Source: a virus
Taxonomy: Duplodnaviria; Caudoviricetes
Length of the DNA: 64,000 nt
Strand: one strand, 5' to 3'
Virus record (IMG/VR): IMGVR_UViG_3300037067_011302
Span: 1 to 64,000 of that record
Shown here: piece by piece, positions 46,516 to 53,767 of the stretch
Layout of the letters: every line of letters begins with the position of its first letter
Position numbering within the stretch: position 1 is the stretch's first letter
Notes under the pieces: model-generated
The model's database searches: none
Told to the model about the DNA's origin: nothing
What the model saw: the letters and a program-made list of their open reading frames with translations, nothing else
Made by a program: the position numbers and the translations under genes

Positions 46516-47779
46516 TTCTTCTTTTTGCGGTTTCAATAACACGAGAAGACTTATCGTCTCGGAAAGACTCATTATTCATCATTTGTTGAAGATACTTGGG
46601 TTCAATTCTTCTTGCAACCATGTCACGTACATTAATGCTATCATCACTCATCATTTGTGAAAGATGTTGTACATCAATACGTTCTGCGACTATTAATCGT
46701 ACTCGTCCATCCACGTCATTCATCATCTTGATCAGATATGATGGTTCGATACATCTTGCGACCGCAGTACGCACGTCGGGATAAATACTTTTCATCATTC
46801 TTGGAAGATATGATGGATCAACGCGCCAAGCAACGGCGGCACGTACTCCACCATTTTCATCATTCATCATCTCTGGCAGATATTTTTGATCGATCACTCT
46901 AGCGATTAAGACACGAATATCAGCATTATGATGTTGAATGTAACGTGGCGCAATTTTTTTCATTGTGTTACCAGCGTTCTGCACAATTAGTCTAAGCATT
47001 GCGGCGTCATCATCGTACAATTTTAACGCTTGTTCGATCTCTTCTTCAGTCGCTTTTCCCAATTTGATCTTCGCCAACAGGCTCATCTCTCGCTTCGGAG
47101 CGTCCTGCTCAACAATTTTCAACAAATTTCTCAATTTAATGGGAACTTTTTCAAGTAATTTGTCGGTCGCGTCAAAGATGTCAACTCCTTGGACTTCATT
47201 CTTTACATCTCTCTTTGCCGCAAACGCCACCTTGTAGAGCGGATTCGTGTCGGGTAGTGTTTTAGAAAGCGCAAAATAGAACACAACATTTGCGCTCGTG
47301 TACTGTTCAAAGTATGTGTGATCCTTCATCGTGATACACCACTTGGTGCCTGAACCGTACAACTGCGATGCACCTTTGTTCTTCACGTGGACGAGCTCGT
47401 AATCATCATCCTCACCCATCTTCTCAACGCCGGATTCCTTTGTCGCCTTTCGTTCCTGAGTCTTCGTCGGCGAAATTGACTTCAATTCATCTTCAAGTTC
47501 CTTCAACGTCTTGTACGCGTTGATGTCCCTGTTCTTAAACTTAGGACCATTCTTATGGAAGAACTCAACGGTCGGAATCAAATCGTTGACGCTTACACCC
47601 AACGATAATTGCTTTGCACTCCACATCAAGTACTTCTGAGAACCTGAAGGATCTGAAGAAGCCAGCTCATCAATCTCTTTTTCGAGTTCAGGGTACTTTT
47701 TCTTCGCATCAGAAACGCGGTCCTCAAGCAGCAGGACCTCACTGATCAGGCGGCGCAACGTTCCGAGGACGATCTTCAT
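46499..47779 (-). CDS. Leader-motif / YGxGTKWCI-domain / LRV-repeat protein, copy 3
   Basis: N-terminal half nearly identical to copy 1; repeats divergent. Confidence 0.8.
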   Translation of the reverse strand: MKIVLGTLRRLISEVLLLEDRVSDAKKKYPELEKEIDELASSDPSGSQKYLMWSAKQLSLGVSVNDLIPTVEFFHKNGPKFKNRDINAYKTLKELEDELKSISPTKTQERKATKESGVEKMGEDDDYELVHVKNKGASQLYGSGTKWCITMKDHTYFEQYTSANVVFYFALSKTLPDTNPLYKVAFAAKRDVKNEVQGVDIFDATDKLLEKVPIKLRNLLKIVEQDAPKREMSLLAKIKLGKATEEEIEQALKLYDDDAAMLRLIVQNAGNTMKKIAPRYIQHHNADIRVLIARVIDQKYLPEMMNDENGGVRAAVAWRVDPSYLPRMMKSIYPDVRTAVARCIEPSYLIKMMNDVDGRVRLIVAERIDVQHLSQMMSDDSINVRDMVARRIEPKYLQQMMNNESFRDDKSSRVIETAKRRIRMGT

Positions 47780-47783
47780 GCCA

Positions 47784-47824
47784 CTAAATAATCAAACGGC
47801 ACGTTAAAACGTGCCGCTCAATCA
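47784..47824 (-). terminator. 41-bp terminator plus late-promoter module, identical to 53708-53748
   Basis: ctaaataatcaaacggcacgttaaaacgtgccgctcaatca; CGGCACGTT/AACGTGCCG hairpin followed by TTTGATT on the minus strand. Confidence 0.85.
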
Positions 47825-47825
47825 T

Positions 47826-48098
47826 TCAACTGAACCTGCGCAATCTTGACGGTGAGTCTGTCCTCGTATTTCCCAACATCGCTCGCACCTCAGGAGAATT
47901 CTGGTGTAGTGCCCTTGAGTGCGACTCATTGTCCTTGTCGGAATTCCTGCTGAGTTCCTTTGAAATACGGGAGATGAACCACCTCTTGTACTCAACTGGC
48001 AACTCATACGTTTCCTTCCAGGTAAATCCTCCATAATAAATAAGGATGAAGCTGGGTTCGAGGATCAGCTTCTCTTTATCTGCCGACGTTAGGCCAAA
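47826..48098 (-). CDS. Probable frameshift extension of the upstream tail assembly/hub chaperone
   Basis: Protein-like frame FGLTSADKEKL...YYGGFTW..YELP...RWF with no ATG near its start. Confidence 0.55.
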   Translation of the reverse strand, partial: FGLTSADKEKLILEPSFILIYYGGFTWKETYELPVEYKRWFISRISKELSRNSDKDNESHSRALHQNSPEVRAMLGNTRTDSPSRLRRFS

Positions 48099-48960
48099 GA
48101 AAGGATACGCCGATCGGCATCGACACCTCTTCAACGTGGCCACACGATTCACACGCACACTCCTGCGTCATCATGATTCCTGGCTCGTTGTCCTTGATGT
48201 AGTTACGCAGTGCCAACGAATCACGGGCAGGCATTGACTTCACGAACGTTGCGATCTTGGACCGATCATTGATGCCGTCGATCGATATGATGCTATGAAG
48301 CAATTGCGTGGTCACCACGGCATCGTTCCTCATGCCGAGCTTCTTCTGTCGATCCTTCATGACCATGATCTCTTCTTCATCGGCACCGGTCATGAACTTG
48401 AACGCAACGCGCTTCTTCGTGTACGGAAGCAGGAACATGAACTCATTCACGCCGACGGACGTCGGTTCGAGTTCCAATCGCTTCACGGGAAGTGCAGTGA
48501 GGTCGAACACGTGTTTCGACTTCGCCTCGCACTCAGGACATTCGATCTCAGCGTCGTACTCTGCACCGTATCCCGTGATCCGGATCGCAATCATCAGGGC
48601 ATTCCTGTCGCCGGCGAGCAACGTTGTCGGTTCAACGTTCCTGTTGACGAGGCACGACTTGATGAGCTCAGTGATCACCGTGCCCTTCTTCAAGAGAGCA
48701 CGAGACGTCAGGATGTCCTCCTCCTTTGCCGTCATTGCCTTGATCTCGACCATGTCCTGGCGATGGAACGGGTGGGGCGGTGCGTACGCAACGCCGTTCG
48801 AAGGCAGAGGCACAATTTCAGTCGGAATCTCAAGGCTGAGCTCGTGCCTCTGTGGTTGTGGTTGAGGCTGCACGACGACCTGTCGGGGCACGGGCACGTC
48901 TTCCGTCGAATCAGTTGCAAACACCTTGTTCTTCTGCTCACGTTCGTCCATTGTGTTCAA
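48076..48960 (-). CDS. T4 gp26-like baseplate hub assembly protein / tail chaperone
   Basis: LPSNG, MTAKEEDIL, GDRNALM..IR..GYG, CPEC, CESC, FLWP end. Confidence 0.75.
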   Translation of the reverse strand: MNTMDEREQKNKVFATDSTEDVPVPRQVVVQPQPQPQRHELSLEIPTEIVPLPSNGVAYAPPHPFHRQDMVEIKAMTAKEEDILTSRALLKKGTVITELIKSCLVNRNVEPTTLLAGDRNALMIAIRITGYGAEYDAEIECPECEAKSKHVFDLTALPVKRLELEPTSVGVNEFMFLLPYTKKRVAFKFMTGADEEEIMVMKDRQKKLGMRNDAVVTTQLLHSIISIDGINDRSKIATFVKSMPARDSLALRNYIKDNEPGIMMTQECACESCGHVEEVSMPIGVSFLWPNVGR

Positions 48961-49011
48961 TTCTCCGCGTCAATTGTCGATTGTAAACCACGGACGATGA
49001 AATGTATGGTC

Positions 49012-49127
49012 GAGCGTCAAAACGTTGACATGAATTGCTCCACGATTGTCACGAGCACCGCTCGGCCAAGAACCATAGAACCCCTCACTCGGCCGACGAA
49101 TGCCCCTCCTGCCACCGTCTGACGCTC
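49012..49127 (-). ncRNA. Candidate structured RNA (three-way junction)
   Basis: GAGCGTCA/TGACGCTC closing stem; TCGGCCGAG/CTTGGCCGA and TGCTC/GAGCA arms; G-U pairs favour the minus strand. Confidence 0.5.
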
Positions 49128-49136
49128 ACGAGAGGT

Positions 49137-49433
49137 TCACTTCTTGGCTCGTCTTAGCTCCTGTTCAACGATCACTCGTAGGTCAGTCGCCGACAGCTTC
49201 ACGCTCTCCGACTGACGCACGGCTCCCGGGGACCTCTCACCGACCAATGCATGCGTGACAATGCTCACCTGCTTACGTAGTGGATCAAATGCACTCGCCT
49301 TCTTCAGAGCAGCGATGATGTCCTCGAACGCCTCAGCAGCTGAGTCGGCAATGTTCATGTCCTCAACGTACTCATTTACCGCCTCGAGCTCTTCCTTGAT
49401 GATCCGTTTGAGATCGTTGTTCGAAATTTTCAT
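49137..49433 (-). CDS. Small protein with two copies of the leader motif
   Basis: MKISNNDLKRIIKEEL and VKLSATDLRVIVEQEL. Confidence 0.7.
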   Translation of the reverse strand: MKISNNDLKRIIKEELEAVNEYVEDMNIADSAAEAFEDIIAALKKASAFDPLRKQVSIVTHALVGERSPGAVRQSESVKLSATDLRVIVEQELRRAKK

Positions 49434-49489
49434 CTTGCCTCGTAGACAAATATGTTGATCAACAACTCTCTAAGCGAGAAACGTTCGAT

Positions 49490-49780
49490 TCAAATGACGG
49501 GAGCGTCACTGTAAAAGATCAGCGACGACGGGATGGGCATCGGTTGGACGTCGATCACACCCTTCAGGTACGATGCTGAAAGAAGTCGACCCACTGTTCG
49601 CCACAACGCGTGTTCATTTGCCCACACGATCGTGATGATCGACTGTCCTCCTTCGTCGAACACAGAAACGACGGTGCCAACGCCTCCTAAACAACGTGCA
49701 ATTGCACCGGGCACAAAATTGCCGTCGACCTCAATGCCGTTCCAACGAAGGTCATCATGCGTGTAACTTTTGATGATCAT
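49490..49780 (-). CDS. Small protein ending in a gp23 capsid-like VQPM peptide
   Basis: GTVVSV...TIVWA domain followed by VIDVQPMPIPSSLIFY. Confidence 0.7.
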   Translation of the reverse strand: MIIKSYTHDDLRWNGIEVDGNFVPGAIARCLGGVGTVVSVFDEGGQSIITIVWANEHALWRTVGRLLSASYLKGVIDVQPMPIPSSLIFYSDAPVI

Positions 49781-50031
49781 GCGTATCCCTGGTTCTTAAG
49801 CGCCCTCAAGATGTCACGATCGATCTCTTCTGCAAGTTGGCGTGTAAGTTCGTCAATGAGTGGTTGTCTGTAGTCAAAGGGATTCGTCGCCCACACGATC
49901 GTCATGCGCTCGTCCTGAATTGAGACGACGACACCGCACGACCTATTGACGTGCACGATCGATCCGGCAATGATCGGCTGTTCAACCTCGATGTCTCCTA
50001 GCGCACCGGTGAAGTAACTTTCAACGAACAT
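49777..50031 (-). CDS. Small protein ending in a gp23 capsid-like EIDRxIL helix
   Basis: GVVVSI...TIVWA domain followed by ELTRQLAEEIDRDILRAL. Confidence 0.7.
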   Translation of the reverse strand: MFVESYFTGALGDIEVEQPIIAGSIVHVNRSCGVVVSIQDERMTIVWATNPFDYRQPLIDELTRQLAEEIDRDILRALKNQGYA

Positions 50032-50252
50032 AACAACACTCTATCACCGGACGAGCGTCGTTCATCATAGCACATGCACGATTCAGCTGCGCCCCTGTGG
50101 GGGTCAATTTTATTGTCCGTGATCGAACACCAGTCTGTCCGACGACACTTGTCGAAGACGCGCTCTGTCTTGGTGATGCAGTGCTTGCAGTTCCTACAAC
50201 GTTTGACCTTCGACGATTGTTCGGGAGTGATCATGGATTGAACGTACAACAT
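49998..50252 (-). CDS. Small Cys-rich hypothetical protein
   Basis: CRNCKHC...C...C...C; start uncertain. Confidence 0.45.
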   Translation of the reverse strand: MLYVQSMITPEQSSKVKRCRNCKHCITKTERVFDKCRRTDWCSITDNKIDPHRGAAESCMCYDERRSSGDRVLLCSLKVTSPVR

Positions 50253-50272
50253 GGTGAGGTGTAGTTTTTTAT

Positions 50273-51910
50273 GTGTCGTCTATTGCCAGAATTACGTGTC
50301 CTCGATGTGAAGCGTCATTTGGACAGGAAAAACGATTCATTGAACACCTAAAAATCGTTCATGAAATTGATGACGTCCTTGAATTTTATGTCAACACATT
50401 TCACAACGGAATACACCCAACATGTTCCTGCTGTGACGACTGCAAAGAACGTCTGTCGTGGTGTAGTTGGAAAAAAGGATTCACATCGAAGTACATTCGA
50501 GGGCACAATGCACGAGTGTACAACGTATATGCGGATCCTTCTTATCGTGATAAACTCGCCGAATCAAGACGAAAGGCGATAGAAGAAGGAAGGTTTACTT
50601 CATGGAACAAAGGTCTCACGAAGGAAACCAACGAGAAAGTTGCATCTGCGTCTAAGAAAGCTGGTGTTACGCTACATGAACGTTATGTAACGGGTTCACT
50701 CATCAATTGGCGTATATCAGATCCAGACAAGGGGGCTGAGGCTGCACACAAATCATCGCTCACAAAACGTGCACAATTTGCTTCTGGCGAACTATCTGGT
50801 TCGTGGAATAAGGGTCTCACGAAGGAAACAAGCGTTGCTTTGATGAAGATTGGTAGAAATATTTCAAAGAGTTACGATCGTCGTGAAATAAAGCAACGTT
50901 TCAGTATAGAAGAATTTGATGCACAGATTGCTGCACACTCTGACAAATTCGAACTGATCACAGATCCATTGTTATATAGAAGTAGTAAACGAACGATCCT
51001 TGAATTCAAGTGCAAAAATTGTGGAGCAACACAATTCAAGACACTTGTAAAATTGAACAATACGCCGAGGTGCTTTGAGTGCATGCCAAAAGCGTCAATT
51101 GCACAAATTGAAATTTTTGAGTTTGTCGAATCACTTGGATTCAACACGATTCTAAATGACAGAAAAACAATTTCACCGTTAGAGTTAGACGTGTATGTCC
51201 CATCTTCATCATTCGCCATTGAATTTAATGGGCTCTATTGGCACAGTCGACCACCTCTGAATGATGAATTTAGAATGCAGAAAAAATTGAATACATGCAA
51301 AAAAGTTGGAATTGACTTGTTAAACGTATTTGAAGATGAGTGGGAACATCATCAAGAAATCATTGAATCACTCATCGCCACTAGACTTCACATCTACAGG
51401 AGAACTTTCAGTGCTAAAGAACTGAACGTTGTCATTTTGAACACTAACGACGCAAAATCGTTCTTTGACGAAAATCATCTCGAATGCTACGTCCCAACAA
51501 CTATCACATTTGCTCTACAAACAATTGATGGTGAAATAGTTGCTGCGATGTCATTGAAAAGACTATTTCACAAAGAAATCAATGCATCTGTCGAAATTGC
51601 CAGAGCTTGTTCATCGATGAATTGTCATGTCTTTGATTGGGTAGAACGTTTGTCAGAGGCGTCACTAAATTGGTCTCAACAAACGTATGGAATCGATCGA
51701 TTGACGATATTCATCGATGAACGCATTGATGATGTGAAACAATTTTCACCTTGTTGGACACAGATAGGTGCTGAACAAACACCTAGATCATGGATCACCA
51801 ACAACAAATCAAGATTAGAACCACTCGACGAAAATTATTTGTCGAAACACGACAAAAAGATTTTTGGATGTGTTAGAACGAAGTGGTCTTATCCAAGATT
51901 TAATTCCTAG
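50273..51910 (+). CDS. Putative free-standing homing endonuclease (Zn finger, WNKGLTKET repeats, Hef/Vsr-like nuclease)
   Basis: ELDVYVP....AIEFNGLYWHS...FEDEW. AT-rich and antisense to the tail operon. Confidence 0.75.
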   Translation: MSSIARITCPRCEASFGQEKRFIEHLKIVHEIDDVLEFYVNTFHNGIHPTCSCCDDCKERLSWCSWKKGFTSKYIRGHNARVYNVYADPSYRDKLAESRRKAIEEGRFTSWNKGLTKETNEKVASASKKAGVTLHERYVTGSLINWRISDPDKGAEAAHKSSLTKRAQFASGELSGSWNKGLTKETSVALMKIGRNISKSYDRREIKQRFSIEEFDAQIAAHSDKFELITDPLLYRSSKRTILEFKCKNCGATQFKTLVKLNNTPRCFECMPKASIAQIEIFEFVESLGFNTILNDRKTISPLELDVYVPSSSFAIEFNGLYWHSRPPLNDEFRMQKKLNTCKKVGIDLLNVFEDEWEHHQEIIESLIATRLHIYRRTFSAKELNVVILNTNDAKSFFDENHLECYVPTTITFALQTIDGEIVAAMSLKRLFHKEINASVEIARACSSMNCHVFDWVERLSEASLNWSQQTYGIDRLTIFIDERIDDVKQFSPCWTQIGAEQTPRSWITNNKSRLEPLDENYLSKHDKKIFGCVRTKWSYPRFNS

Positions 51911-51913
51911 ATT

Positions 51914-52402
51914 TTAATAATCAAGGATCCAATTATCTCCACGTAGTGTTAATGCGATTTCGACCAACCCATGATCTTCATAAGTTAACTCCCCAAAATC
52001 GCAATCCGTTATCATAACACCTTTTCCGCGCCACATCTCTATTATTGTGCCGATGGGATCTACGAGCTTAAGGTCCGCGTCGCGCTTGTAGAAGTCAGCG
52101 TAACCCGCTCGGCCGGACACACTCTCGTAGTGCAGTCGAATCCACTCCATGACCTGTTGCGCTCCCGACGGTGCAATCGGATCGTGCAGCGTGATCGCCA
52201 CGGTCGAGAACTGTGGCTTGCCGGCAACGTAGCGGTGCGAGTTCATGAACGGGATCGGCACCTCTTCGATCGTCATCTGCGGTCGCTTCGCGGTCTTGAC
52301 GATGTACGCGTCAATTCCCTCAATCATTAAGACCCACCTGTTCTTTCGCTTTGGTTCGAAAGCAACATTCAGCATCGATGTAACGTCTAGTGTCTCGGCC
52401 AT
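51914..52402 (-). CDS. Tail tube protein (gp19-like)
   Basis: ATG 52402 with AGGAGG RBS; FEPKRKNRW, YVAGK, LHDPIAPSGAQQVMEW, GYADFYK; follows the sheath genes. Confidence 0.85.
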   Translation of the reverse strand: MAETLDVTSMLNVAFEPKRKNRWVLMIEGIDAYIVKTAKRPQMTIEEVPIPFMNSHRYVAGKPQFSTVAITLHDPIAPSGAQQVMEWIRLHYESVSGRAGYADFYKRDADLKLVDPIGTIIEMWRGKGVMITDCDFGELTYEDHGLVEIALTLRGDNWILDY

Positions 52403-52475
52403 TTCTTCATCCTCCTGCGGACGCTCAGTTCCGCACGAACTTAAGTACAAGTCGTGGCGAACAATCTCTCGCTGA

Positions 52476-53693
52476 ATGATTATGTTCTCACAGACAATGG
52501 ATGGAATCACAGGATCAACGATCTCGATCATCACGTGTCCGATCTGTGGTGAGTACTCATCAAAGCGTGAAACTAACGTTGAACGACACATGTTCGAAGC
52601 GCACGGCACGACGCTCGTTGACGAATACGTCAAGCTGCACGGACGACGACAGTGTGCGTGTGGGTGTGGCGGCGCGACGACGTGGCACGGTTGGAGGAAG
52701 GGATTCAGCACCTCGATCTGCGGTCACAACGGTAACATCTACTCGTTCTACGACCACAACAAAGCAACCGCCATCAGCGAAAGAAGGCGCGCGGCACTAC
52801 GTGGCAAGCAAAGTTGGGCAAAGGGATTGACGAAAGAAACTGACAAACGCATTGCACGACGAGCAAAATTGTCCACAATCAGCAAGCGTAGGACTACCTC
52901 ATGTGCTCGTGGTTCACGTGGTCAGACTGAGCTGTCGAAGTTCGTCGAATCGCTCGGCTTCACTGTCGGAAACAACGTCAGAGGAATCATCGGAAACAAG
53001 GAACTTGATATTTTCCTCCCCGAACACTTGTTTGCAATCGAGTACAACGACCTCTACTTACACAGCGAGAGGTTCAAGAGTTCGACGTACCACGAGGAAA
53101 AGTCGTCTCGGTGTGAGGCGATCGGCCTGTCACTGATGCACGTGTTTGAAGATGAGTGGGTGTACAAGAGGAAGATCGTCGAGTCAATCATCAAGAATCG
53201 ACTGAACGTTCCCGACAAACGCATTGACGTCGGATCATGCACTGTGAGAACGATCGACAGGAACACATCCGACTCATTCTTCGACGAATGTCACCTAGAC
53301 GGAAAGAGCGACGTGTCAGGACAGTCAACGATCGCGCTCTTCAACAATGAAGAGTTGGTCTACGCCATTGCAACGACGAACGGTGAAGTCCTGAGGTGCT
53401 GCCCGGCGCTGGGAACGAATGTCCCGGGTGGCCTCGTTGAACTATTGAAACAGCGACCAAACGTCAACTCGATCATCGTCGACGAGAGGCTCGGCAGCAC
53501 GAACTCAGCACTTCGCTCTGCAGGGTTCTCTCCGACGAACGAGACAACACACCGCTCATGGTGGACAGACTACGATTCCAGGTACGACTCATCGCTGTGT
53601 ACTAGAGACGAAGCGGGCACAAGAGGTCTCTACTTCATCCACGGGTGCAGCGTTAGGAGGTGGAAACGAATCACTACTCGTCACGATTTATAA
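52476..53693 (+). CDS. Putative free-standing homing endonuclease, paralogue of 50273-51910
   Basis: CACGCG..W..W.KGF, WAKGLTKET, ELDIFLP...AIEYNDLYLHS...FEDEW. Confidence 0.75.
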   Translation: MIMFSQTMDGITGSTISIITCPICGEYSSKRETNVERHMFEAHGTTLVDEYVKLHGRRQCACGCGGATTWHGWRKGFSTSICGHNGNIYSFYDHNKATAISERRRAALRGKQSWAKGLTKETDKRIARRAKLSTISKRRTTSCARGSRGQTELSKFVESLGFTVGNNVRGIIGNKELDIFLPEHLFAIEYNDLYLHSERFKSSTYHEEKSSRCEAIGLSLMHVFEDEWVYKRKIVESIIKNRLNVPDKRIDVGSCTVRTIDRNTSDSFFDECHLDGKSDVSGQSTIALFNNEELVYAIATTNGEVLRCCPALGTNVPGGLVELLKQRPNVNSIIVDERLGSTNSALRSAGFSPTNETTHRSWWTDYDSRYDSSLCTRDEAGTRGLYFIHGCSVRRWKRITTRHDL

Positions 53694-53700
53694 CATATCG

Positions 53701-53748
53701 CATGTCGCTAAATAATCAAACGGCACGTTAAAACGTGCCGCTCAATCA
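53701..53748 (-). terminator. Terminator plus late promoter and orphan ATG, repeat of 47784-47824
   Basis: 41-bp identity; 53701-53715 is also the exact reverse complement of 18239-18253. Confidence 0.85.
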
Positions 53749-53767
53749 CTCAATCACCGTCAAAACA

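Noticed and set aside
52403-52711. N-terminal extension of the tube ORF as given in the track; similar extensions on dut, recA, 14294-15058, 15606-16334 and 16267-16776
   Set aside because: They overlap neighbouring genes or promoters; downstream starts with an RBS or homology onset fit better.
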